Shown: positions 34,570 to 46,649 of the stretch, one piece after another
Layout of the letters: every line of letters begins with the position of its first letter
Position numbering within the stretch: the first letter of the stretch is position 1
DNA from: an uncultured Gemmatimonadales bacterium
GTDB lineage: Bacteria; Gemmatimonadota; Gemmatimonadetes; Gemmatimonadales; GWC2-71-9
DNA length: 64,000 nucleotides
Direction: 5' to 3'
Assembly: GCA_963844035.1 (NCBI GenBank)
Contig: CAWJMT010000005.1
Coordinates: 128,001 to 192,000, forward strand
Translations under genes and position numbers: made by a program
The notes under the pieces: generated by a model
Databases searched by the model: none
What the model saw: only the letters and a program-made list of their open reading frames with translations
What the model was told of the DNA's origin: nothing

Positions 34570-35889
34570 ATGAGCCGCTCGGTGTGCCCCGTCCTGCTGG
34601 CGTTGCTCCTCGCGGGAGCCGGCACCGCGTCCGGCCAGGGCGAGACGACGGAGCCGCAATTCATCGACAAGATCATCGCCATCGTGGGCAACACGCCCAT
34701 CCTCGCGTCCCAGGTCGAGGAGCAGATCCTCATGGCCCAGTCGCAGGGGGGGAAGCTCCCCGACGATTCGGCCGGACGCGTGGCGATGCGGCGGCAGATG
34801 CTCGACAACATGATCGACGAAGAGCTCCTGGTGCAGCAGGCCAGCCGTGACACGAGCATCCGGCTGACGGAGCAGGAAATCCAGGATCAGGTCGAGAAAA
34901 CGGTGACGAACGTCCGCAGACAGTTCACCAACGAGCTCGACTTCGAGACCCAGCTGCGCGCGGCGGGGTTCGCGTCCGAAGAGGAGTGGCGTCGGTGGCT
35001 GGCGGACACACAGCGCCGCACGATCCAGCAGCAGCGCCTCATCGAGTCACTGCGGACCAGGGGGAAGCTGCGCCCGATCCCGCCCACCGATGAGCAGATG
35101 CGTGAGTACTGGGACGAAAGCGCCGCGCAGCGGCCCAAACACCCGCCGCTCGTTTCGTTCCGGCAGATCGTGATCGTGGTCCAGCCGGACCCCGCATCCG
35201 TGACGAGGACGCGCGCGCTGGCGGAGTCGCTCAAAGTGGCGCTGCGCGCCGGCGCCAGTTTCGCGGAGGTCGCGAGGGGATTCTCTGCCGATAGCGCCAC
35301 GCGGTCTCAGGGCGGCGAGCTCGGCTGGTTCCGCCGCGGCGTGATGGTCAAGGCCTTCGAAGACGCCGCGTTCCGGCTCCGGCCCGGCCAGATCTCCGAG
35401 GTGGTGCAGTCGCCGTTCGGGTACCACATCATCCAGGTAGAGCGGATCGAGCCCGCCGAAATCCAGGCGCGACACATCCTGCTCCAGCCGCGCATCCTGC
35501 CCCCGCAGGTGGAGATCGCGCGCCAGATCGCCGACTCCATCGGGAGGGCGCTCACCAACGGGGCGCACTTCGACACGTACCAGCGTATCTACTCCGATCC
35601 CGAGGAGCCCCCGTTACGGGAATCCGTGCCGATCGGCGAGCTGCATGCCGACTACGTCAAGGCCATCGGCAAGGACACGGTGCCCGGCGTCCTGCCCGCG
35701 TTCGAGATCGACGCGAATACCGCGCGGCCCAGATTCGTCGTGATCGAGATTACGAAGTGGGAGCCGGAGGGAGATCTGAAGTTCGAGGACGTCAAGGAAC
35801 GACTCCGCACCCAGGTGGGCCAACAGCTCGCCATCAAAGCGTACATCGCCAACCTGCGCCGCACGTACTACGTCGCCTTCTACCCCTAG
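34570..35889 (+). CDS. surA: SurA-like chaperone/PPIase
   Basis: DKIIAIVG, GGELGWF, SPFGYHII, ARHIL; directly upstream of pdxA. Confidence 0.8.
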   Translation: MSRSVCPVLLALLLAGAGTASGQGETTEPQFIDKIIAIVGNTPILASQVEEQILMAQSQGGKLPDDSAGRVAMRRQMLDNMIDEELLVQQASRDTSIRLTEQEIQDQVEKTVTNVRRQFTNELDFETQLRAAGFASEEEWRRWLADTQRRTIQQQRLIESLRTRGKLRPIPPTDEQMREYWDESAAQRPKHPPLVSFRQIVIVVQPDPASVTRTRALAESLKVALRAGASFAEVARGFSADSATRSQGGELGWFRRGVMVKAFEDAAFRLRPGQISEVVQSPFGYHIIQVERIEPAEIQARHILLQPRILPPQVEIARQIADSIGRALTNGAHFDTYQRIYSDPEEPPLRESVPIGELHADYVKAIGKDTVPGVLPAFEIDANTARPRFVVIEITKWEPEGDLKFEDVKERLRTQVGQQLAIKAYIANLRRTYYVAFYP

Positions 35890-36833
35890 CCGGCCGGCAA
35901 CCCCGCCTCGCCGTCACGCTCGGCGATCCGCGGGGGATCGGACCTGAAGTTGTCGCACGCGCCCTCGCCTCACCGCTGAACGCCGACATCACCGTGATCG
36001 GGGCGGATGACCAGATCGCGGAATTCGCCGCGGTACGGAAGATCGGTGTCGGAGTTTGGGGAAGAGGGAAGGGGGAAGAGGGAAGGGTGGAGCTCGACGG
36101 TACTCCTCCCTCTTCCCTCGTCCCCCTTCCCGTTCTCGCCGGCCAGATCGCCGGCCGCAGCGTCGAGGCCGCTGTCCGTCTGGCGCTCGCCGGGGAAGTG
36201 GACGCCATCGTGACCGGCCCGGTGCACAAGCATGCGCTGCACCTTGCGGGGTTTCGCTATCCCGGACTGACCGAATTCCTCGCGCATCTCGCGGGCGATG
36301 CCGATGTGGCGATGATGCTGGCCACCGGCGCGCTGCGCGTGGTGCTCGTCACCACCCACCTGCCGCTCCGCGACGTCCCTTCAGCAGTGACCACCGAACG
36401 CACCGTGCGGATCGGACGGATCACCGCGGCGGCGCTGCAACGCTGGTGGGGGATCAGCCGGCCCCGTCTCGCCCTGTGCGCCCTCAATCCCCACGCCGGG
36501 GAGTCCGGGCTGTTCGGCGACGAGGACGAGCGCGTGCTCCGACCGGCGGCGCAAACGTTGGGAGCGGCCGGCCCACTGCCCGCCGATACGGTGTTCGTGC
36601 GCGCGCTCCGGGGAGAGTTCGACGCCGTGCTCGCGCCGTATCACGACGTGGGAATGACCGCGATCAAGGTCGCCGGGTTCGGCAAGGGTGTGAACATCAC
36701 CCTCGGGCTTCCGTTTCCGCGCGTCGCGCCGGATCACGGAACCGCGTTCGACATCGCCGGGAAGGGAGTGGCGGACGCCGGGTCGATGCGGGCGGCCTTG
36801 GAGCTGGGGGTGGAGTTGGCGGGAAGAGGCTAG
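35886..36833 (+). CDS. pdxA: 4-hydroxythreonine-4-phosphate dehydrogenase (start codon not resolved)
   Basis: TLGDPRGIGPE, TGPVHK, TTHLPL, LNPHAGE, YHDVG, PDHGTAFDIAG. Confidence 0.9.
   Translation, partial: LAGRQPRLAVTLGDPRGIGPEVVARALASPLNADITVIGADDQIAEFAAVRKIGVGVWGRGKGEEGRVELDGTPPSSLVPLPVLAGQIAGRSVEAAVRLALAGEVDAIVTGPVHKHALHLAGFRYPGLTEFLAHLAGDADVAMMLATGALRVVLVTTHLPLRDVPSAVTTERTVRIGRITAAALQRWWGISRPRLALCALNPHAGESGLFGDEDERVLRPAAQTLGAAGPLPADTVFVRALRGEFDAVLAPYHDVGMTAIKVAGFGKGVNITLGLPFPRVAPDHGTAFDIAGKGVADAGSMRAALELGVELAGRG
36059..36131. repeat. (GGGAAGR)n palindromic element inside pdxA
   Basis: 30-nt arm identical to 14321..14350, plus inverted arm ctccctcttccctcgtcccccttccc. Confidence 0.8.
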
Positions 36834-36911
36834 ACGCCAAGACGCTAAGACGCGACGACGCTGCGACGTGCCGTCTAGCGTCGTCTTAGCGTCTTACCGT
36901 CGTAGCGTCTG
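36831..36911. repeat. Octamer (TAAGACGC-like) tandem and inverted array between convergent pdxA and hisG
   Basis: tagacgc caagacgc taagacgc gacgacgc ... gcgtcgtcttagcgtctta. Confidence 0.75.
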
Positions 36912-37527
36912 ACAGCTTCTTCAGCAACTGCTGGTGCAACTCTAGCTTCAGTTTCTGGCTCGCCCGATTCACCACCACCACCGCTCCCACGCGCAGGATT
37001 TCCGCCCGCTCCACGAGGCCGTTGTCCTTGAGCGTGCGACCGGTTTCGACGAGGTCGACGATCCAGTGGGACAGGCCGAGCAGCGGCGCGACCTCGACCG
37101 AGCCGGTCACCGTGATCACTTCCACGCCGAGCCCCGTCTCGGCAAAGAATGCCCGGGTGAGGTGCGGATATTTGGTCGCGACGCGCGTGGTCATCCCTCC
37201 CGGCAGCGATGGGAAGGGGACGTGCTCCGGGCTTGCGACCACCAACCGGCAGGCTCCGAACCCGAGGGCGAGCGGCTCGAGCACGTCACTATCGGCCTCG
37301 CGCAGCACGTCCGTGCCGACAATCCCCAGGTCCGCAGCGCCCGACTCGACATAGACCGGCACGTCGGCCGGCTTGACGAGCATGAACGCCAGCGCGCCGT
37401 CCGCCGACGGGACCAGCAACCGGCGCGTCGTGGCCAGGTCGGGGACGTCGACCCCCGCGTCACGGAACAGGGCGAGCGTCGGCTCGAGCAACCGACCCTT
37501 GGCGAGGGCGATGTTCAGCGGCTTCAT
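36886..37527 (-). CDS. hisG: ATP phosphoribosyltransferase, short form
   Basis: IALAKGRL, DVPVYVE.G.AD.GIVG.DVL.E, VATKYP, GSVEVAP, DLVETGRTLKDNGL. Confidence 0.95.
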   Translation of the reverse strand: MKPLNIALAKGRLLEPTLALFRDAGVDVPDLATTRRLLVPSADGALAFMLVKPADVPVYVESGAADLGIVGTDVLREADSDVLEPLALGFGACRLVVASPEHVPFPSLPGGMTTRVATKYPHLTRAFFAETGLGVEVITVTGSVEVAPLLGLSHWIVDLVETGRTLKDNGLVERAEILRVGAVVVVNRASQKLKLELHQQLLKKLSDATTVRR

Positions 37528-38468
37528 GGCACGGCTTCCGTGATGGCGTCGAGGTCGAGCGCCAGCCCGACCGCGGGGAGCGGCCTCCCGAACCGGGCCA
37601 CGAGGTCGTCGTAGCGCCCGCCTGCGCCGACGGCTGCGCCGGCGCCCGCGACGAACAGCTCGAACTGGATTCCCGTGTAGTAGTCGAGCCCCCGGACTTC
37701 ACCAAAGTCGTACACGACGTGGCGCCGCTCGTCGGCGGTGAGCGCGGCATCGATCGCGCGCAGCCGTTCGATCGCGTCGCGGGCCTCCGGCGCCACCTGC
37801 GTGGCGCGGTCCAGCGCGTCGCGCCGGCCGATGACGAACGGGAGGGTGCGGAGCGCGCCGGTGGCGACGGCCGCGAGCCCGGCGGCATCCTTGCGGTCGA
37901 TGAGCCGGCGCACCGCCGCGCGCTCGGCGGGGGGCAGCGCAGCCAGGGCCGGAGCGAGCGCGCCCACGTGGCCCAGGTTCACCTGGTATTCCTGGATCCC
38001 TGCGCCGCGCGTCAGCTCGAGCGCGAGCCGAATGATTTCCACGTCGGCCTTGACGCTGCCGTCCCCGAGCAGCTCGCCACCGGTTTGCAGGATCTCCCGC
38101 GGACGCCTGCCTTCGCGCCCCGGATCTTGCCGGAACACGTTGCCGGTGTAGCAGACGCGAAGCGGCGTGGCGCGGTCCGACAGCTTGGTCGCCGCCAGCC
38201 GGGCGGCGCTGGCGGTGAAATCGTAGCGCAGCGCCAGGAGCTGGCCGTCGAGATCCAGGAACCGAATGAGCTTGTCCGCCACGTCGGGCCCGCCGGCGCG
38301 CACGAACACCTCGGCGTATTCGAACGTGGGCGGGATGATCTCCTCGTAGCCGGCGGCCTCGAGGCGCTCCAGCATCTGGCGTTGCAGCTGTCGGCGGCGC
38401 CGGACCGCTTCCCCCGCCAGGTCGAGGGCGCCGGGCGGGATCGGGGCGATGCTCGAGCGCAGCTTCAC
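37524..38468 (-). CDS. hisZ: ATP phosphoribosyltransferase regulatory subunit
   Basis: PTFEY, LRYDFT, QTGGEL, DYYTG, GGRYD; adjacent to short hisG. Confidence 0.92.
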   Translation of the reverse strand: MKLRSSIAPIPPGALDLAGEAVRRRRQLQRQMLERLEAAGYEEIIPPTFEYAEVFVRAGGPDVADKLIRFLDLDGQLLALRYDFTASAARLAATKLSDRATPLRVCYTGNVFRQDPGREGRRPREILQTGGELLGDGSVKADVEIIRLALELTRGAGIQEYQVNLGHVGALAPALAALPPAERAAVRRLIDRKDAAGLAAVATGALRTLPFVIGRRDALDRATQVAPEARDAIERLRAIDAALTADERRHVVYDFGEVRGLDYYTGIQFELFVAGAGAAVGAGGRYDDLVARFGRPLPAVGLALDLDAITEAVP

Positions 38469-39793
38469 GCCGACACCGCCCGCGTGAGCAGCCGCACCGT
38501 GCCGACCCGGCGGCCCTCCATCGTCACAATCTCGAATTCAGCGCCGGGCAACGCGATACGGTCGCCGATCTTGGGGAGGCGGCCCAGGGTCCCGAACAAC
38601 AGGCCCCCGAGGGTCGTGTACGCCGCGTCGTCGAGCGCGAGGCCGTAGGCATTGTTGACCTCCTCGATCGCCATCGAGCCCGGCAGCACCGGCGCGGATT
38701 CCGCGCCGGGGGTCGCGGGCCGGGGCTCGGCGCGGTCGTACTCGTCGTAGATCTGCCCGACGATCTCCTCGAGCAGGTCTTCCATGGTCACGAGCCCTGC
38801 CGTGCCGCCGTACTCGTCGAGCACGATCGCGAGCTGAATTTTCTGGCGCCGCATGTCGGCCAACACGTCTTCCACCTCGCGCGTGCCGGGCACGAACACC
38901 GCCGGCCGCAGAATCGCCTGCAGGGTGTCGCCGGTGCCGGAGCGTACGACGGCGAGCATGTCCTTGGCGTGCACGGTGCCCACGATGTCGTCGAGCGACT
39001 CGCCGAACACCGGGTAGCGCGAGCGCCCGGCCAGGGCCACGCGATCCGCGGCCTCCTCGCAGGTGAGGGTGAGCGGCAGCGCGATCATTTCGGTGCGGGG
39101 CGTCATCACGTCCCGCGCTTTCTTATTGCTGAATTCGAACACGCCCTCGAGCAGCCGCGCATCGCCCGAGTCGAGGGAGCCGCGCTTCTCGCTTTGCTCA
39201 ACCAGCATGCGGATCTCCTCCGGTGAGTGAATGCGCTCGAGCTCCGACGTGGTCCCGGTGAGACCGATCAGGCGCCCGGCGCGGCGCGAGCTCCAGTCCA
39301 GCAGGTTCGTGAACGGCCGCGTGACCCACGAGAACAGGATCAACGGGGCTGCGATCCAAAGGCTGGTCCGCTCCGGGTGCGTGATCGCCCAGGACTTGGG
39401 CAGCTGCTCGCCGACGACGACGTGCAGGAACGAAATTATCGTAAGCGCCACGGTGGAGGTGACGCCCGCCCGTGTGAGGAAGCTCAGCGCCGGCGGCAGT
39501 GCCGCAAACCACCCGCGAAACAACTCGGCGACCGTATCTTCAGCGACGAACCCCAGCATGATCGAGGCGACGGTGATGCCAAGCTGGGCGGCGGAGAGCT
39601 GACGGTAGAGGTCTTGCAGCGCCTTCAGCACCGTCTTAGCCTTCCGGTCGCCATCGCGGGCCAGCGCCTCGATCCGAGTACGCCGCGCGGCGACCAGTGC
39701 GAATTCTGCCGCCACGAAAAACGCGTTCGCCGCGACCAGCAAGACGACGGCGAGCAGACGGAGCGCGAGGGACCCGACTTCTGGTTCGGTCAT
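38465..39793 (-). CDS. Hemolysin-family CNNM/CBS/CorC protein
   Basis: NAFFVAAEFAL, AQLGIT, GEQLPK, SRYPV, DEYGGTAGLVTMEDLLEEIVG. Confidence 0.92.
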   Translation of the reverse strand: MTEPEVGSLALRLLAVVLLVAANAFFVAAEFALVAARRTRIEALARDGDRKAKTVLKALQDLYRQLSAAQLGITVASIMLGFVAEDTVAELFRGWFAALPPALSFLTRAGVTSTVALTIISFLHVVVGEQLPKSWAITHPERTSLWIAAPLILFSWVTRPFTNLLDWSSRRAGRLIGLTGTTSELERIHSPEEIRMLVEQSEKRGSLDSGDARLLEGVFEFSNKKARDVMTPRTEMIALPLTLTCEEAADRVALAGRSRYPVFGESLDDIVGTVHAKDMLAVVRSGTGDTLQAILRPAVFVPGTREVEDVLADMRRQKIQLAIVLDEYGGTAGLVTMEDLLEEIVGQIYDEYDRAEPRPATPGAESAPVLPGSMAIEEVNNAYGLALDDAAYTTLGGLLFGTLGRLPKIGDRIALPGAEFEIVTMEGRRVGTVRLLTRAVSA

Positions 39794-39815
39794 GAGACTC
39801 GCGAAAAGCTAGCCG

Positions 39816-41115
39816 GTGCTCACTCGACTTCAAGCGCCGCCGTACGACGCCCTGGCGCCGCATCTTGCGAAAGCAGCCGCCGCTGATAGCGAAACGGCTG
39901 TCGCGGTGAGCGCCATCGTCGCCGACGTCCGGGCGCGCGGGGACGACGCCGTGCGGGACCACACCCGGCGGCTGGACGGCCGGGACCTCGCGCCGGCGGA
40001 GTGGGAGGTGCCAGGTGCCTGGCAGGCGGCGTCCGCAGCGCTCGCGCCGGCGCTCCGGCCGCGCTGCGTGCGGCGGTCGCCCGGGTCCGGGCCTACCACG
40101 AGCGCCAGGCGCAGGCGAACGCGGGCTTTCTCGACCGCGATGCGCAGGGCAACACCCTCGGTATGCGCGTCGTGCCGCTCGAGCGCGTGGGCGTCTACGT
40201 GCCCGGCGGCAAGGCTTCCTACCCGTCCACCGTCATCATGAACGTCGTTCCGGCCGTGGTGGCGGGAGTGACGGACATTGTGATGGTGACTCCGGCGGGC
40301 GGAGTGAACGACGCGGTGCTCGCCGCGGCCGAGCTCGCGGGCGTGACGCGCCTGTTCCAGATCGGCGGCGCGCAGGCGATCGCGGCGCTCGCATTCGGCA
40401 CCCGCACGCTGCCCCGTGTCGACAAGATCGTGGGGCCGGGCAACCGGTTCGTCACCGAAGCGAAGCGCCAGGTGGCTGGGGCGGTCGGCATCGACATGCT
40501 CGCCGGGCCCACCGAGGTCCTCATCATCGCTGATCGCACCGCCGACGTGCGGTACGTGGCGGCCGACCTGATCGCCCAGGCGGAGCACGACGAGGACGCC
40601 GCCGCGTGGTGCGTCACGCCGAGCGCCGAGCTGGCCGCCGCCCTCGACGGGGAGTTGGCGCGCCAGGTGGCGCGCTCGCCGCGGCGCGCGATCGTCGAGC
40701 GGTCGCTCGCCGCGCATGGCGTGCTGGTCCTGGTTCCCGACCTGGAGGCGGCCGTCGAGGTCGCGAACCGGCGGGCTCCCGAGCACCTCGAGCTCATGGT
40801 CGCGGATCCCTGGCCGCTGGTGGATCGGATCCGGCACGCGGGCGCCGTGTTCGTCGGCAGCACCACCCCGGAGCCGGTCGGCGACTACCTCGCCGGCCCC
40901 TCGCACGTGTTGCCCACCGGCGGCACGGCGCGGTTCGTGTCCCCGCTCGGCGTCTACGACTTCGTGAAGCGGATCAGCGTCATCTCCTACACGGCGGAGC
41001 GCCTGGCGGCGGATGCTGGCCACATCATCGCGCTGGCGGAGGCCGAAGGATTGCCCGGGCACGCGGAGGCGGTGCGAGTAAGATTGGAAGGGGAAGAGGG
41101 AAGAGGGAAGAGTGA
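39816..41115 (+). CDS. hisD: Histidinol dehydrogenase; frameshift near 40055, 3' end uncertain
   Basis: GVYVPGG, GGAQAIAALAFG, GPGN, AGPTE, QAEHD, APEHLEL, GPSHVLPT, EGLPGHA. Confidence 0.92.
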
Positions 41116-42009
41116 GCGCAACGCTGCCGTTCGAAGTGCAGTGCACGCACCGCGCGCCGCCCAGCCGCGAGAGCCAGCGGCGCATGGGGGTCGTGCTGGC
41201 GATTACTGCGGCCGTGATGGTCGCCGAAGCCGTCGGCGGTTGGCTGGCGCACTCGCTGGCGCTCCTGGCCGACGCGGGGCACATGCTCGCCGACGTGGCG
41301 GCCCTTGGCCTGTCGCTGGTGGTGATGGCACTCGCACGCCGGCCCGCGACAGCGGAGCGCACGTTCGGCCTGCTGCGCCTCGAGATTCTGGCGGCACTCG
41401 TGAACGGGGCGGCGCTCATCGCCATTTCGATCGGGATTGCGATCGAGGCGTATCATCGCTTCCACGCCCCGCGGGAAGTGCACGGCGGGACTGTTGATCG
41501 GCATCGCGGCGCTGGGCTTGGCCGCCAACGTAGCCGGCGCGGCGATCCTGCACCGCGGGCCACGATCACTCGCTCAACCAGCGCGGGGCCTACCTTCATA
41601 TCCTCAGCGACCTCCTGGGCTCGCTCGGTGCCCTCGCGGCCGGTGCGATCATCCTCACGACCGGGTGGGTGCAGGCCGACCCGATCATCTCGATTGTGAT
41701 TTCCCTCCTTATTCTTGGCGGCGCCTGGCGGCTGGTGCGGGAGAGCGCCGACGTGCTGCTCGAGGCGGCGCCGGCGCACATCCGCTGGGGGACGTGCACG
41801 ATCGGCTGGCATCGGTGCCGGGCGTCACGTCGGTGCACGACCTGCACGTCTGGACCGTGACGAGCGGCGTGATCGCGATGAGCGGTCATTTGGTGGTGCA
41901 AAACCCCGCCGACAACCAGCGCGTGCTCGAGGCCGTGCAGCGGCGCCTGGGCGCCATGGGGATCGGGCACGTCACCGTGCAGATGGAGAAGGACCCGACA
42001 TGTGAGTGA
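41112..42009 (+). CDS. Cation diffusion facilitator (CzcD/ZitB-like); frameshifted
   Basis: SLALLADAGHMLAD, AYLHILSDLLGS, VHDLHVW, HVTVQME. Confidence 0.9.
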
Positions 42010-42087
42010 CGGCGGCCCTTGACCGCCCTCCGCCGACCCCCCTATACTGCGCGCTCTCACAGCCTGCCCCCGAAGGATGCTAACTCC

Positions 42088-43935
<1,848 letters not shown>

Positions 43936-43970
43936 GGCTCGTTCAACCACAACCTTAGCTGGGGGTGACA

Positions 43971-44222
43971 ATGTTGTCCCGTGAGACGTCGGACTGGTCG
44001 CTCAAGCGTCGCAGCGGCGGTCATGACGATGAGAGTTTCGAGGAGTTCGAAGAGGACAAGGAACTCACCGACGACTTCGACGACGAGCTGGACGAGGACG
44101 AGCTCGACGACGACGATTCGGACGACCTGGACGAGTACGACGAGCTGGACGACGAGTTCGACGAGGACGACGACGACGACTCCCGCCCGAAGAAGGGCCC
44201 GCGGCGCGAGGGGTGGGAGTGA
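43971..44222 (+). CDS. Small, highly acidic hypothetical protein
   Basis: 83 aa, about half Asp/Glu, basic ends; GAC/GAG codon pattern; followed by a hairpin. Confidence 0.65.
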   Translation: MLSRETSDWSLKRRSGGHDDESFEEFEEDKELTDDFDDELDEDELDDDDSDDLDEYDELDDEFDEDDDDDSRPKKGPRREGWE

Positions 44223-44229
44223 CGACGTA

Positions 44230-44266
44230 GACGGCCGGCGTGCATCCGCCGGCCGTCACGCGTTTT
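44230..44266 (+). terminator. Intrinsic terminator (possibly bidirectional)
   Basis: gacggccggcg-tgcatc-cgccggccgtc then acgcgtttt, between convergent genes. Confidence 0.6.
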
Positions 44267-44292
44267 AGGGCGAGCACTCCGGGTAGGCGGGA

Positions 44293-44796
44293 TCAGACTC
44301 GGATCTGTGGAGGGTGCGCCCGGCGGGCCCGGATGAGCTTGTCGCGCAGCTTGGGGTGCACTTGCTGCACGTACGCGCTCATGACGGCGACCGCCAGTAC
44401 GTTCGCGCTAATGACCTCCCAGATGCTCAGGCCGCTCCACTGAGCGCCCTGCGCCAGATTTACGACCGCCACCGATTCCAACACGATCGCGGTCATCACC
44501 GCCAGCAGCAGAAACGACGGCCTCCGCTCCAGCTGTTCCGCGATGAAAACAAAAACCCAACCAGCCAGGATGAACGCGACGGTATGGACCACCGTGTACG
44601 AGGCGATGATGCGGAGCGTCGCGTCGACCGGCATCGGCGCGTTGCGTCCGCCGACCATCACGAGACCGAGCGCCAAGGGAGTTCGGAACGGACGCCCCGC
44701 CATCAGGTCGAGACCAAAGAACCAAGCCGCCACCGTCGCCGCTCCGAGGAGCCCTGCGATGGCGCCGCGCTTCAGAACTGAGCCGGATCGTGTCAT
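44293..44796 (-). CDS. Hypothetical 4-TM membrane protein
   Basis: Four hydrophobic segments, upstream RBS-like gaggtg. Confidence 0.7.
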   Translation of the reverse strand: MTRSGSVLKRGAIAGLLGAATVAAWFFGLDLMAGRPFRTPLALGLVMVGGRNAPMPVDATLRIIASYTVVHTVAFILAGWVFVFIAEQLERRPSFLLLAVMTAIVLESVAVVNLAQGAQWSGLSIWEVISANVLAVAVMSAYVQQVHPKLRDKLIRARRAHPPQIRV

Positions 44797-44909
44797 GTCA
44801 CACCTCGGTTCTCCTCTCGGGCTCTAGCATCACGAGATCAGATCGTATCGTGTACCCGTTGATCTACCCGGCGGGCGCCGTGGCGTTGCGTGCCCCGGGG
44901 CGGTTGGGT

Positions 44910-44925
44910 TGTGACTCTTGTCACG
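44910..44925. promoter_or_regulatory. CRP/FNR-family-like site
   Basis: TGTGA-ctcttg-TCACG (9/10 match to TGTGA-N6-TCACA) upstream of 44796. Confidence 0.4.
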
Positions 44926-45121
44926 AGCTTGTCGGGCACGCATCCTGATCCCCATGCAACTCCCCACCGTGGGATTTGTCGTCACCGGCGCGCTATGTGC
45001 GTCGAGCGGCACGCCGCCGGCGTCGGGGCCCTGGTGTGCTTCAAGCGGCTGGGGGGCGTCAAGCGGGATAGTGTGGCCAGGATCACCTGGCTCGAAGGCG
45101 AGGCGTTTCTACGGTTGCCCT

Positions 45122-45158
45122 AAACGACAAACGGCGAGCGTCCCTGTAGCGCTCGCCG
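45122..45158 (-). terminator. Intrinsic terminator of RcnB-like gene
   Basis: cggcgagcg/cgctcgccg stem followed by tttgtcgttt on the minus strand. Confidence 0.6.
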
Positions 45159-45183
45159 CCTGTCTTCCCGAACCTCTACTCAA

Positions 45184-45639
45184 CTAGCGGATTGTGAAGT
45201 CGATCCGGAACACGTCCCGCACGAAGTAGTCGCTATCGAGCAGAACGATGTTGCCGCCGATGATCGCGTAGCGATAGCCACGCGGGGCCGGACCGTAGAG
45301 GCGCACCAGATCGCCGGGCAGCCAGTACATCCGGCTGTAGAACATGCGATCGAGCCGCGCGCCGCGACGCAGCCGGCGCTCCATGCTGGGCGACAGCCGA
45401 TCTCTGTGGCCCCAACCCCGCCCGAGGTGATTGCGGTTGCGGAAGTACCAATCACGCGTAACCTGGCGGTCCCGATCATCGAACTTCGGGTGATTCGAAC
45501 GGTTCCAATCGTCCTTGTGCTGCGAGCCGCGCTTGTCATCGTTCCAGTCGCGGCCGCGGTACTGCGCGGAAGCGGTGCTGCCGGACAATGCGAGCAATGC
45601 CAAGGCCAGCGCACCGGTTGCGATCAGTCGTCTGTTCAT
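45184..45639 (-). CDS. RcnB-like periplasmic protein
   Basis: Signal peptide ending ASAQ; PAPRGYRYAIIGGNIVLLD; RBS aggagg. Confidence 0.7.
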   Translation of the reverse strand: MNRRLIATGALALALLALSGSTASAQYRGRDWNDDKRGSQHKDDWNRSNHPKFDDRDRQVTRDWYFRNRNHLGRGWGHRDRLSPSMERRLRRGARLDRMFYSRMYWLPGDLVRLYGPAPRGYRYAIIGGNIVLLDSDYFVRDVFRIDFTIR

Positions 45640-45699
45640 ACACCCTCCTGTCGAAGGACCTGCCGCATGGCAGTGTCTCTGGTTCGACGGCCTGTCCAA

Positions 45700-45715
45700 T
45701 GCGAGAACCGTGCCT
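45700..45715 (-). promoter_or_regulatory. Sigma54-like promoter for RcnB-like gene
   Basis: Minus strand AGGCACG-gttc-TCGCA with GG-N10-GC spacing. Confidence 0.4.
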
Positions 45716-45914
45716 TGTTTGGGCCATGGCCAGGAATTGAGAGGGAACGGTGACGCAGCGCCCTTCGACCGGTGATGTAGCGCACGTCCTGTGAGGCGGA
45801 GGCGTATCGGGCGGAGGACGCTGCGGTGACACCTCCAGAGGACGGGTGCAGTACCGAGGTGCACGAAGCAGCACTATGTTAGGGGTCCGGTTGCGAGATT
45901 TTGGTGCGGTTTGC

Positions 45915-45988
<74 letters not shown>

Positions 45989-45995
45989 CTGAAGG

Positions 45996-46027
45996 CAGGT
46001 GTCAGGTGCTAGGTGTTAGGTGTCAGG
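45996..46027. repeat. (AGGTGTN)n heptamer array right after tRNA-Ile
   Basis: caggtgtcaggtgctaggtgttaggtgtcagg; same family as 9877..9930. Confidence 0.8.
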
Positions 46028-46033
46028 GCCTTG

Positions 46034-46069
46034 GCCCGCCCATCGCTGCGATCGGCGGGCTCTTTTTTT
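46034..46069 (+). terminator. Intrinsic terminator for tRNA-Ile
   Basis: gcccgcc...ggcgggc stem followed by tcttttttt. Confidence 0.8.
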
Positions 46070-46082
46070 AACCGCCAATAGG

Positions 46083-46142
46083 GCAACCGGGGGGTTGCGC
46101 ATCTTGGGCCCCCTCGGCTATCATGCAACCGTGCAGTTGCAT
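46083..46142. promoter_or_regulatory. Two GCAAC-N6-GTTGC palindromes; probable ArsR operators
   Basis: gcaacc-gggg-ggttgc and atgcaac-cgtgca-gttgcat upstream of SRPBCC-ArsR. Confidence 0.6.
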
Positions 46143-46174
46143 GTTGGCAAGCCCGCAAACGAGGAGAATCTGAT

Positions 46175-46649
46175 ATGACGGCCACGGAGAGTCGGACCAA
46201 TACCGATCGCATCGAGAAGCGCGTCACGCTGCGCGTGCCGCGCTCCCGGGTGTGGCGCGCCCTCACCCGGGCGGAGGAGTTCGGCGCCTGGTTTGGCGCG
46301 AAGCTCGAGGGTGCGTTCGCCGAGGGAGCAACCGTGCGCGGCAAAATCACCATCAAGGGCTACGAGCATGTGATGCTGGAGATGCTCGTCGAACGGATCC
46401 AGCCCGAGCGGCTCTTCTCGTACCGGTGGCATCCCTACGCGGTTGACTCCAAGGTGGATTACTCGGCCGAGCCGACCACCCTCGTCGAGTTCCATCTGGA
46501 AGAGGTGCAGGGCAGTACGCTGCTCACGATCGTCGAGTCGGGGTTCGATCGCCTCCCGGCCTCGCGCCGCGCCGAGGCGTTCCGCATGAACGACGCGAGG
46601 GTGGACCGGGCAGGCGAAGAACCTGGAGCGGTATGTCACCACGGGCTAG
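46175..46649 (+). CDS. SRPBCC/AHSA1-family protein; frameshift near 3' end
   Basis: RVWRALT, WF, PERLFSYRWHP, TLVEF, LTIVESGFD. Confidence 0.85.
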
